A DNA stretch of 64,000 nt from Vicinamibacterales bacterium (GTDB lineage Bacteria; Acidobacteriota; Vicinamibacteria; Vicinamibacterales; UBA2999), in the NCBI GenBank assembly GCA_041394705.1, contig JAWKHS010000022.1, forward strand, positions 17,299 to 81,298, written 5' to 3'. The position numbers and the translations under genes were made by a program. Shown here one piece after another: positions 1 to 7,937 of this stretch (its first letter is position 1; each line of letters opens with the position of its first letter). The notes beneath the pieces were generated by a model. That model was not told the origin of the DNA and did not search any database. It saw only the letters and a list, made by a program, of their open reading frames with translations.

Positions 1-807
1 GCCCCGACGGCGCTGGCGATCCGCGAGATCGCCGGCCACGTGGTCACGCTCCGCTGGACGATGCCGCCCGGCGGCCCGGCGCCGACGGGCTTCCTGCTCG
101 AAGGCGGGCTCCTGCCGGGCGAGGTTCTGGCCTCGGTCGCCACGGCCAGCCCTGCGTGGACGTTCACGATGACGGCGCCATCCGGGTCGTTCTACGCGAG
201 GGTCCGCGCGTTGAACGGCGCGCTGCCGGGTCCGGCCTCGAACGAGATCCCGATTCACGTGAACGTGCCGCTCGCGCCGTCGCCGCCGCGGGACCTGCTC
301 GGGCTGGTGGCGGGATCCACCCTCTCGCTGGCGTGGACGAACACCTTCGACGGCGGGACGCCGACGTCGATCGTGGTGGAGGTCACGGGCACGACCGTCG
401 CCTCGGCGACGCTGGCCCTCGGGGACACGCTCAGCCTCCCCGGCGTGCCGCCCGGCACCTACCGGATCGCGGTGAGGACCAGCAACGCCGCCGGGATGAG
501 CGAACGCTCGAGCACGCTGACCCTGAGCGTCCCGGCCGCATGTGCGGGGCCACCGGCCGTGCCGGCGCAGGTGTTCGCGTCCGCGGCGGGCGGGGTGGTG
601 TCGGTGGACTGGGCGCCGGGACTCGAAGGGCCGGCACCGACGGCGTACGTGATCGTCGTGACCGGCACGTGGGTCGGCGCGCTGGCCACGCCGGCACGTG
701 CCCTGCGCGGCCCGGCGCCGCCGGGCGCGTACGACCTCCGGGTCATGGCGCTCAACGCGTGCGGCGCGAGCGCCGCCTCGCCGCCAGTGACGCTCGCCGT
801 GCCGTAG
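1..807 (+). CDS. Exported protein, C-terminal fragment with three tandem Fn3-like repeats (5' end outside window)
   Basis: Frame 1 is open from nt 1 (APTALAIREIAGHVVTLRW...), with stop TAG at 805-807. There are three ~85-aa repeats, each ending in a PPG.Y..RV...N..G.S-type motif. The same motif occurs in the CDSs at 26887-29463 and 33480-36332. GC3 is high. Confidence 0.75.
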   Translation, partial: APTALAIREIAGHVVTLRWTMPPGGPAPTGFLLEGGLLPGEVLASVATASPAWTFTMTAPSGSFYARVRALNGALPGPASNEIPIHVNVPLAPSPPRDLLGLVAGSTLSLAWTNTFDGGTPTSIVVEVTGTTVASATLALGDTLSLPGVPPGTYRIAVRTSNAAGMSERSSTLTLSVPAACAGPPAVPAQVFASAAGGVVSVDWAPGLEGPAPTAYVIVVTGTWVGALATPARALRGPAPPGAYDLRVMALNACGASAASPPVTLAVP

Positions 808-880
808 CTGGTGGCCCGTCCACGCCGCGAGCCGGGATGCCCCGACCGGCACGTGGTGCTGGGTGAGCCTGGACAGGCCA

Positions 881-2353
881 CTACCGCACGGTCGTGCTCT
901 CGAAGGCCCGGCGGTCGCCCATGAGCCATCGCCACGCGTCGTACCACGCCAGGAACACGGAGAGGAACGCGACGGGCAGCAGCCACAGGTAGCGCCTGGC
1001 GCGATCGGGACGTCCCACGTACCACCAGTGCGCGCCGCACCACCCGAGCGTCAGCGCGAGCAGCACGGCCATCGATCGCCGCGGCATCTCGATCCAGCCG
1101 TGGCCGAGCCGCGTGAACGTCCGCCGGCTGGCGGCCCGGAGTCCGGGTGCGTAGGGACTGAGCTTGTAGGCGTGCACGAGATCGCGGGGATGCCACTCGA
1201 ACGCCCGGACGAACTCGACCGACGGGTCCCCCCGCGGCCCGAACGCCACGAACGCGCCGATGGGACGGCGGAGCCCGTCCAGGGTGACGAGGTAGCGGAA
1301 CCACCGCCGGCCGGCGGGCTCGTCGCGTTCGAGCGCATCCAGGGGGAGGTCGACGCCCAGGCGCCGTTCGAGCGCGCCGATCGCGGCGGCCACGTCGCGG
1401 CCGCTGCCGAGCAGGACGAACAGGACCTTCTCGCGGGCCACGCGCTCGAGGACCTGGTCGATCTCCCACCGCACGCCCTCGGAGGTGCCGATGCGCACGA
1501 CGACCAGCGCCGCCCGATCCAGGAGATCGAGCACCGCCGCCTGCCACCGGTCGTGCGGAACGTAGAACCTGGCGGCGCCGAGGTCGGGCACGGGTTCGCC
1601 CGGCCGCCCGATGGCGACGACCGGGCCGAGGCGCCGCAGGATCGCCGCCAGCTCCTGTTCGATGCTCATGGCGGATCCGGCGGAGACGATGGCGTTCATC
1701 CATGCCGGCAGCGGCGTGGCCCCGCGGACGACCATCTCCCCGTCGTCCTGGAACGAGCGGAGGTAGACGACGGGCGCGCGGGCGTCGGCGGCGAGCGCCT
1801 GGGCGGCGGAGTCGGCGTGGTGCTTCTGGTGCGCGCGAAGCTGATGGATCGCCAGGACGCCCGCCGCGCCGCAGCACACCAGCAGCCCGGCGCCGACGGC
1901 CTCCCCCCGGGCGCCCAGGAACGCGAGCGACGGGTCGTCCTGCAGGGCCGCGAACGGGGCCCCGAGACTCGCCACGTTCACGCCGCCCACGGCCCGCAGC
2001 AGGCGCCGCCACTGGCCCGCGCCGGCCGGGATCCTGGTGACACCGAACCCCACCGCCAGCAGGAACGCGCCGAGGAACGCGAGGTTCACCGCCGCGACGA
2101 GCGCCGCGAACGCCAGGAGCCAGTCGACGGGCGCGGCCTCGGCCCACCGCCCGGCCAGCGGATGGCCGTAGAGCCAGGCTGCGGGCGGGACCGCGGTCAG
2201 GCAGAGCCACGTGCCCTGCAGCTTCCGCCGGCGGTCTTCGCGACGGTAGGGCCGCCCGTCGGGTGAGCAGCCGCCGGGCGCAGCCGTCTCGCGTCGAAGG
2301 GGCGCCGCGCCGCCGTCGCCGGAGGCCGCGGTCCCTTCCTCGAGCCGACGCAC
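881..2353 (-). CDS. Multi-pass membrane protein with an unassigned soluble middle domain and a C-terminal TM2 domain
   Basis: ORF track 881..2353 (GTG start, true start uncertain). Hydrophobic helices lie in roughly residues 45-175. The soluble region carries VVYLRSFQDDG, GRPGEPVPDLG and VVVRIGTSEGVRWEIDQVLE. The C-terminus matches the TM2 signature (LLALTLGWCGAHWWYVGRPDRARRYLW...AWYDAWRWL). Confidence 0.7.
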   Translation of the reverse strand: MRRLEEGTAASGDGGAAPLRRETAAPGGCSPDGRPYRREDRRRKLQGTWLCLTAVPPAAWLYGHPLAGRWAEAAPVDWLLAFAALVAAVNLAFLGAFLLAVGFGVTRIPAGAGQWRRLLRAVGGVNVASLGAPFAALQDDPSLAFLGARGEAVGAGLLVCCGAAGVLAIHQLRAHQKHHADSAAQALAADARAPVVYLRSFQDDGEMVVRGATPLPAWMNAIVSAGSAMSIEQELAAILRRLGPVVAIGRPGEPVPDLGAARFYVPHDRWQAAVLDLLDRAALVVVRIGTSEGVRWEIDQVLERVAREKVLFVLLGSGRDVAAAIGALERRLGVDLPLDALERDEPAGRRWFRYLVTLDGLRRPIGAFVAFGPRGDPSVEFVRAFEWHPRDLVHAYKLSPYAPGLRAASRRTFTRLGHGWIEMPRRSMAVLLALTLGWCGAHWWYVGRPDRARRYLWLLPVAFLSVFLAWYDAWRWLMGDRRAFESTTVR

Positions 2354-2420
2354 GGGCGGAGGATAGCACCGGCGCTCGCGCGCCGCCGGCGGCGTCCGGC
2401 CGGCCCGCCGGGGACGGCGG

Positions 2421-3671
2421 TCAGCGCCGGACCGCGGGCGGACGCGTCCGCACGGGGTTCACGACGGCCGGCATCCCCACGAGCCGGTTCGGATCCGCGC
2501 CGGGCTTCGGGCGGAACTTCTGCGAGCGCGCGTTGGCCACCTCGGTCACGTACAGGTTGCGCTCCGAGTCCACGTGGATCTGGTGGACGCCGTCGAACTG
2601 GCCCGGCTGCGCGCCGTGACCGCCGATGTCCAGGACGTAATGGCCGTCGAGGTCGTACTTCACCAGCCGGTCGGTGGTCCAGTCGGCCACCCACACGAAG
2701 TCGTCGTCGGTCACGATGTGCGCGAGCACCGACGAGTTGTACCCGGTCGGGAACATGTACAGGAAGGCGCCGTCCTCGTCGAACACCTGCATCCGGTGGT
2801 GCTCGCGGTCGGCGACGAACAGCCGGCGGTCCCGGCTGATGCCGATGCTGTGCACGGACCAGAACTCGGAGGGCCCTGGGTGATCCGGATCCGCCGGCGT
2901 CCTCCCCCAGTCCTTGATGAACGTGAAGTTCCTGTCGAACTTGGCCACGCGCACGCCCGCATAGCCGTCGGCCACGAAGAACGTCCCGTCGGGCAGCCAC
3001 GCGATGTCGGTCGGACGGTTGAAGTTGTTCGGACCGCGCCCCGGCACGCCTCGCACGCCCAGCGTCTTCAGGCGTCGCGTGCCATCGTGGCTGAAGACGT
3101 TGATCTCGTGCATGTCGTCGTCGACGATCCAGATGCGCTTCTCCGGGTCGTACGGGTTCATCAGGATCTTGTGCGGCCCGCGGCCCAGCTCGCCGAGCCC
3201 GCTGCCGCGCTCCGGCGCGAGATAGCCGTCCCACTGCAGCCACTCCTCGATGGTGTTGCCCTCGCGATCGACGGCGAAGAGCAGGTGGTGGCGCCGCATC
3301 CGGTAGCCGTACGGGTTGCCAGAGTAGTCACGGCGGCCCGTGTTCGTCCGGCGCGGGTTCAGCAGGCAGCCGCAGATCCAGGGCGGCGCGTCGGCCGGGA
3401 GCTCGATCTCGCCGCGCTGCTGGACCCACACCTTGTCGGGGCTCTCGGCCCACACGCCGGCGCCCGATCCCCACGTCCACCCCGCGTGCGACCGATCCGT
3501 GTCGGGAAGCGGCTTGGGCCACGGCACGACGGGCTCGTAGTCGCCCATGGCCACGGGCCGCACGGCCGTGGCTTGGCGGGCCAGCACCGTCGTGTCCCAG
3601 GAGGGCGCCGCGGCGAGGCCCAGCAGGGCGAGCGCGGCCGCCGCGGCGGCAAGTCCCAGTCGCAGGCTCAT
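2421..3671 (-). CDS. Secreted NHL-repeat beta-propeller protein (peptidyl-alpha-hydroxyglycine lyase-like)
   Basis: ORF 2421..4163 was trimmed to ATG 3671, which has GGAG a few nt upstream; the upstream Arg-rich extension is implausible. Signal peptide MSLRLGLAAAAAALALLGLAAA. NHL blades include FNRPTDIAWLPDGTFFVADGY, VHSIGISRDRRLFVADREHHRMQVFD and VHQIHVDSERNLYVTEV. Confidence 0.85.
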   Translation of the reverse strand: MSLRLGLAAAAAALALLGLAAAPSWDTTVLARQATAVRPVAMGDYEPVVPWPKPLPDTDRSHAGWTWGSGAGVWAESPDKVWVQQRGEIELPADAPPWICGCLLNPRRTNTGRRDYSGNPYGYRMRRHHLLFAVDREGNTIEEWLQWDGYLAPERGSGLGELGRGPHKILMNPYDPEKRIWIVDDDMHEINVFSHDGTRRLKTLGVRGVPGRGPNNFNRPTDIAWLPDGTFFVADGYAGVRVAKFDRNFTFIKDWGRTPADPDHPGPSEFWSVHSIGISRDRRLFVADREHHRMQVFDEDGAFLYMFPTGYNSSVLAHIVTDDDFVWVADWTTDRLVKYDLDGHYVLDIGGHGAQPGQFDGVHQIHVDSERNLYVTEVANARSQKFRPKPGADPNRLVGMPAVVNPVRTRPPAVRR

Positions 3672-3734
3672 GACCACTCCTCGCGCGAACGCGCAGGCTC
3701 GAACCGACGGCATCCTGAGCCCGCGCGTGGTGCC

Positions 3735-3810
3735 TGTCAACACCTCGAACCACGATTGGGAAGACAACTCGTTGACAACCGTTGACAGCGCCCGCCGCCG
3801 GGTGTTGACT
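3735..3810. promoter_or_regulatory. Cluster of four GTTGAC(A) motifs in the divergent NHL/SH3 intergenic region
   Basis: TGTCAACACC lies at 3735-3744 in reverse orientation. The tandem repeat GTTGACAACC GTTGACAGCG lies at 3771-3790. GGTGTTGACT lies at 3801-3810. The segment 3736-3744 is the exact reverse complement of 3801-3809. Confidence 0.4.
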
Positions 3811-3818
3811 GAGCGGCG

Positions 3819-4214
3819 ATGCGAACGCGCGTGGTCCTCGGAATCGCCGTGGCGGGAGTCGTCGCGCTGACGGCGTCCAGCGCGTGGGCGCAAGGCCAGC
3901 CCCAGCGGGGCGGCCAGGGGCGCGCGGAGCAGGCCGACCCGAACGCCAAGGTGCTGGCGAAGGTGCGCGTGCCGACGAGCCACGCCAACATCCACAGCGG
4001 GCCGAATACGGGAAACGAGCTGCTCGTGCTCGCGCCCCGCGGGACAGAGCTCGACATGCTCGCGAGGCGCGGCGAGTGGATCCAGGTGCGCGTGAAGAGC
4101 GAGCTGCGTGTGACGGGCATCCCGATGCGCTGGTATCACGACGAGACCAGCGGCTGGATGCACGACTCGACCGTCGAGTTCCTCACGCCCGAAGCCCGGC
4201 CCGATCCGAAATAG
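3819..4214 (+). CDS. Small secreted SH3b-domain protein
   Basis: Signal peptide MRTRVVLGIAVAGVVALTASSAWAQG. The bacterial SH3-like core is AKVRVPTSHANIHSGPNTGNELLVLAPRGTELDMLARRGEWIQVRV. Confidence 0.8.
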   Translation: MRTRVVLGIAVAGVVALTASSAWAQGQPQRGGQGRAEQADPNAKVLAKVRVPTSHANIHSGPNTGNELLVLAPRGTELDMLARRGEWIQVRVKSELRVTGIPMRWYHDETSGWMHDSTVEFLTPEARPDPK

Positions 4215-4232
4215 CGCGTCGCACGGACGCGC
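4214..4232. terminator. Hairpin between the convergent SH3 and hypothetical genes
   Basis: GCGCGTC-gcacg-GACGCGC forms a 7-bp stem with no U-tract. Confidence 0.3.
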
Positions 4233-4259
4233 GGCTCCGGACGGACGCGAGCGCCCGGC

Positions 4260-4847
4260 CTACTCCAGGCCCCGGAGGATCCGCGACAGGACGTCGAGCA
4301 ACACGCCGACCTCCGTCACCTGTGCCGCATCGAGTAGCCCTCGGTTGGCCTCGACCCGCAGGTGGCCGTCCACGATTCGCAGACGTCGCACCCAGTACGA
4401 CTGCCCCCACGCGCCGAGCCGCTGACGGTCGTCGGCGTCGAGCGCGGCCAGCAGGCGGGCCGGATCGCTCGTGTCGACGATGAGCGCATCGTCCAGCACG
4501 GGGTCGCCCGTCGGCGCGCCGCCGATCCGCGGCGCGCCCGTGGTCGACAGGCGCGGCCCGATGGCCAGCTGCGCGCCTGCCGTCGTCGCGATGGCGATGC
4601 TCACGATGTACTCGCGGTCGCCGTCGCCGCCGGCCGTGCGCAGCACCTCCTCCTCCACGGTGCACGCGCGGCCGTCCAGCGTGCCGCGCAGCGTCTTCTG
4701 CCCGTGCGTGAAGGTCGTGCCCAGGCGGCGGGCCAGCGTCTCGAGCGCCTGATCGGCGGCGCGCCCCATCGCCGTGTGCTTCCTCGCTGCCCACACGGCG
4801 AGCGCCACCAGCCCCACGACGATCAGCCCGACGATCGCGACTGCCAT
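4260..4847 (-). CDS. Hypothetical protein with an N-terminal membrane anchor
   Basis: ORF 4260..5117 was trimmed to ATG 4847, with GGGGAG about 8 nt upstream. The N-terminal helix is MAVAIVGLIVVGLVALAVWAA. The remainder has balanced composition and high GC3, and I recognise no family. Confidence 0.6.
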   Translation of the reverse strand: MAVAIVGLIVVGLVALAVWAARKHTAMGRAADQALETLARRLGTTFTHGQKTLRGTLDGRACTVEEEVLRTAGGDGDREYIVSIAIATTAGAQLAIGPRLSTTGAPRIGGAPTGDPVLDDALIVDTSDPARLLAALDADDRQRLGAWGQSYWVRRLRIVDGHLRVEANRGLLDAAQVTEVGVLLDVLSRILRGLE

Positions 4848-4965
4848 TGACCCGCTCCCCGGCCCGGCGGCGCCAGCCAGGCCGACGATGGCCGTGCCGC
4901 ACGCGTGAACCGACCGCAGAGCATACCCGACACGGCGAGGCGCGGCGGCGGCGAAGGGACGTCCG

Positions 4966-7152
4966 TCAGGGATCGGACGCGCCGAGCGAGGGCGAGGGCC
5001 AGGATCTGGACCAGCCGACCGACAGCGCATGGCCGCGGTCGCGGAGGCCGCGCGCCGCGTCCGCACGCAGCTCGCCGGCGCCACCGGGCAGTACCAGCCG
5101 GAGGCCGATGCCGGCATCCGACTGCCACGCCGGGCCGCCGGCGGCGCGGCGCCACGCCCGGGCCGTGTCCGCGAACGCGGCCGCGACGAGCGTGCCGCCG
5201 AGGGCGGACAGGACCGGCTGCCGGTACTCCAGCGTGCCGTGCGCGAGTCCGCGGCCGAACGCGGGGCCCGTCACCACGCCGGCGTCGAGCAGCGGATGGC
5301 CGCGCAGCAGGGGCGCGCGCGCCAGGCCCACGCCGGCCCCCTCCCACACGTCCAGCGGCGCGGCCGCGCTCACCTGGGCCAGACCGGCCTCGACCCGCCA
5401 CCCCGCGTCGCTCGCGCGGACGCTCGTCCGCGCCGCCAGCGTCACGGCGGCCCGCGCGAACTCGGGAGCGCTGGCCGCCGCCCACCCCGCGAGCGCCCCG
5501 CCGACCGCGACGCGATCGCCGGCCAGGCGCACATCGATCGCGAGGTCGGCCCGTCCGTACGCGCCAGGGCGCCATCGGTCGAGCGCCACGCCCGCGCGCC
5601 AGTGGACGCGGCCGCTCGCCCAGTCCTCCAGGTGCAGGCCGGCGGAGCGGCGGGCCGTGGACGCGACGTCCGACGACGGGTCGGGTGCGGCGGCGCCGGC
5701 CGGTGCGCCGGGCCGGGCATAGGCCGCGCGCTCCCAGAGGCCGTCGATCGTCAGCACACCCGGCACGCTCCCCGGCGCGGGCAGGGCCAGGCGGAACGAC
5801 GCGCGCGGCCGCCGGTCCCACCATCGCCAGCTCGCCGACCACAGCTCGCCGCTGCCCGTCGGCGACGCCACGTCGAGCCATGCCTCCCGGCCCACGGCGG
5901 CGCGGCCGATGGCCGCCACCGCTGCGAGGCCCTGCGGCAGCCGGGAGCGCTCCACGACCGCGGCCTCGATCGACGCGCGCCCGTCGTCGCCGGGCTGGAA
6001 GCGGAGGGCCGTCCGTGTGGTGGCCGGCAGCGCCTCCAGCCGCCGGGCGGCTCGTCCGAACGCCGCGGGCGTGAGCAGCGTCCGCGGCGCGAGCCCGAGG
6101 GCATCGGCCACCACGGGCTGGCGGATCCGGCGCGCACCGGTCACCCGGATGTCGTCCACCGACGGGCGGCCGATGCGGTTCCACGAGGCGAGCGCGTCGA
6201 GCGGACGGCCGTCCAGGAACTGGCTCGTCGCCAGGAGGTCCCAGCCGGGCCCGTCGGACGGATCGAGCCTCGCCGCCCGGCCGGCGAGCGCCGCCGCCTC
6301 CGCCCACTGCGACTGGAGGACGCGGACGGACGCCAGCTCGCGCCACGGCGCGGCCGCGTCCGGACAGAGGCCCACGGCGGCCTCCAGCCCCCGGGCGGCG
6401 CCGCTCAGGTCCCCGCCCGACGCGCGCGCGACCATGGCGTCCACCAGCGGCTCACAGGCGCTGCCCGGCGGAGCCGCAGCCGCGTCCCTCGGGCGAAGGG
6501 GTGGCGGCCCCGGCTGGCGTCGATCGGGCTGGGTGGCAACGCGAGCCAGCGAGGCGGAGCGGCCGGCCGTCGTCGCACGAGGCAGGACGAGCAGCGCCCA
6601 TCGGCCGGCGCCGGCCCAGGCGTCGTCGAACTCCTCCCGCGACAGCACGCGAAACGGCGCGCGGGCCGGATCGTGCACGACGACCGCGCCGCCGGTGACG
6701 GCCACCACCACCACATAGTGGTAGCGGGACGGCCCGACCTGGACGAGCGCGATGATGGGACGGCCGGCGTCGACATGGGCGCGCAGGCGCTCGAGGCCCT
6801 CGCCGGGCGCGGACTGGAACGGGAGCGACTCCCAGCCGCGGCGCCCGACGTCCGCCGCCAGGGCGGCCGCGGGGATGCCGTCGCGCGCGCGGTCCAGCAG
6901 CGGCTCGAAGTCGGTGGGCAGGACGCGGGTCTCGCCCCAGTAGCGCAGGACCATGGCCGCGGCCGCGCCGCCGCACAGGTCCTCGGTCTGCGGCAGGTAG
7001 GGCACGTCGAGCAGACGGCCGGCGGCGCCGGCCGGGTCACGGTCCGGCGCCGCGGCACTCCGCGGACCCTCCTGGAGCAGCGGCGCGCCACGCACCGTGC
7101 TCTGGAACAGGAGGACCGCGATGACGGCCGCGGCGCCCGGGGATCGGCGCAT
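4966..7152 (-). CDS. C39-like cysteine peptidase fused to TPR, POTRA-like and Omp85-type beta-barrel regions
   Basis: Signal peptide MRRSPGAAAVIAVLLFQSTVRG. C39 motifs are intact: Q-x5-CGG (PQTEDLCGGAAAAMVLRYWG) and the His/Asp block (SRYHYVVVVAVTGGAVVVHDPA). TPR-like helices follow, then a POTRA-like segment (SVDDIRVTGARRIRQPVVADALGL...). The C-terminal barrel ends in the GIGLRLVLPGGAGELRADAARGL-type surface-antigen motif. Confidence 0.85.
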   Translation of the reverse strand: MRRSPGAAAVIAVLLFQSTVRGAPLLQEGPRSAAAPDRDPAGAAGRLLDVPYLPQTEDLCGGAAAAMVLRYWGETRVLPTDFEPLLDRARDGIPAAALAADVGRRGWESLPFQSAPGEGLERLRAHVDAGRPIIALVQVGPSRYHYVVVVAVTGGAVVVHDPARAPFRVLSREEFDDAWAGAGRWALLVLPRATTAGRSASLARVATQPDRRQPGPPPLRPRDAAAAPPGSACEPLVDAMVARASGGDLSGAARGLEAAVGLCPDAAAPWRELASVRVLQSQWAEAAALAGRAARLDPSDGPGWDLLATSQFLDGRPLDALASWNRIGRPSVDDIRVTGARRIRQPVVADALGLAPRTLLTPAAFGRAARRLEALPATTRTALRFQPGDDGRASIEAAVVERSRLPQGLAAVAAIGRAAVGREAWLDVASPTGSGELWSASWRWWDRRPRASFRLALPAPGSVPGVLTIDGLWERAAYARPGAPAGAAAPDPSSDVASTARRSAGLHLEDWASGRVHWRAGVALDRWRPGAYGRADLAIDVRLAGDRVAVGGALAGWAAASAPEFARAAVTLAARTSVRASDAGWRVEAGLAQVSAAAPLDVWEGAGVGLARAPLLRGHPLLDAGVVTGPAFGRGLAHGTLEYRQPVLSALGGTLVAAAFADTARAWRRAAGGPAWQSDAGIGLRLVLPGGAGELRADAARGLRDRGHALSVGWSRSWPSPSLGASDP

Positions 7153-7164
7153 GCCGGTCGCCCG

Positions 7165-7551
7165 CTACTTGGCCAGCAGGATGACGATGATGAGGACGAG
7201 CAGCAGCGTCGTCAGCGAGATGGTCACCGAGCTGGCGCCGCCGGCCAGCGCGACGTCCACCGCCCCGGCCCGCTCCGCCGCGGCCGCGAGCTGGCCGCCC
7301 GACAGCGTGGCCACCGCCGAGCGCGCGTCGGCCAGATCGAGCCCCAGGCTCGCGGCGAGCTGCCGCACCTCGGCGCGATCGAGCACCTCGCGCACCTGCG
7401 CCCGCTGGGCCTCGTCCGCGGCCGCCTGATCGGCCAGAGCCTTGTGCAAAGCGGCGCCGTCGACGACGCGCGCCTGCTGGGCGAACGCCGGAGACGCCGC
7501 GAGGAAGACCGGCAGCAGGAAGACCGCCACTGGCTTGAGGGTGTTGCGCAT
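7165..7551 (-). CDS. Small exported protein with a C-terminal transmembrane anchor (PA2779-family-like), immediately upstream of the C39-like gene
   Basis: ORF 7165..7584 was trimmed to ATG 7551. Signal peptide MRNTLKPVAVFLLPVFLAASPAFA. A helical Ala/Gln/Arg-rich middle follows, then ...VALAGG-ASSVTISLTTLLLVLIIVILLAK. Its stop lies 12 nt before the C39 gene start. Confidence 0.75.
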   Translation of the reverse strand: MRNTLKPVAVFLLPVFLAASPAFAQQARVVDGAALHKALADQAAADEAQRAQVREVLDRAEVRQLAASLGLDLADARSAVATLSGGQLAAAAERAGAVDVALAGGASSVTISLTTLLLVLIIVILLAK

Positions 7552-7903
7552 CTGGTTACACCTCCTGGGTAATTCGCTACCCATTCAGCGCCACGGTTGA
7601 GTTCTCGTGGGCGCCTGTGGAGGCGGAGTGCAAGCGGATGGCCAGCCTCAAGTTCTCGCGTCCGAGCTTCGAGCGCTGCTGACAGAAGTCTCCGGCGCAT
7701 CTTGAACTGCACGAGGCCGTCGTTGGTCGCCGGTACCCCGAGGCTGTTCACGGCCGCGATCTGCTGCACGAGCGCACCGGGGTCGCCGCGCGCCACCTGC
7801 CGTCCCATCGCGTCGGTGCAGACGGTGGTCGGGCCGCCGGCGTTCTGCCAGTCGCCGGGTTGCGCGTAGCCGGATCGGCGGCAGCGGCGCGACGCAACGA
7901 CGC

Positions 7904-7909
7904 TACAAT
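7904..7909 (+). promoter_or_regulatory. -10-like TACAAT upstream of the TonB-like gene
   Basis: TACAAT is followed by SD GGGAG at 7925-7929 and ATG 7938. The -35 element is weak. Confidence 0.35.
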
Positions 7910-7937
7910 CGCGCGTCCCCCTCAGGGAGTGTGTCGC

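Noticed and set aside
459-2369. A 636-aa minus-strand ORF, together with many similar very long ORFs (e.g. 4823-6346, 5029-7572, 8369-10477, 15747-17483, 22829-24445, 24513-26318, 34551-36608, 40731-43781, 42476-45583, 48561-50285, 50141-52525, 53097-54770, 57641-60277).
   Set aside because: Their translations are dominated by Arg/Pro/Gly/Ala with no recognisable domains. They overlap, in other frames or on the other strand, genes that have clear family signatures. They are typical shadow ORFs of ~70% GC DNA.
7597-7869. A 90-aa plus-strand ORF in the gap upstream of the TonB-like gene.
   Set aside because: Its translation is Ser/Arg/Ala/Cys-rich. It shares third-codon positions with the more protein-like minus-strand frame, so it is the shadow of that frame.
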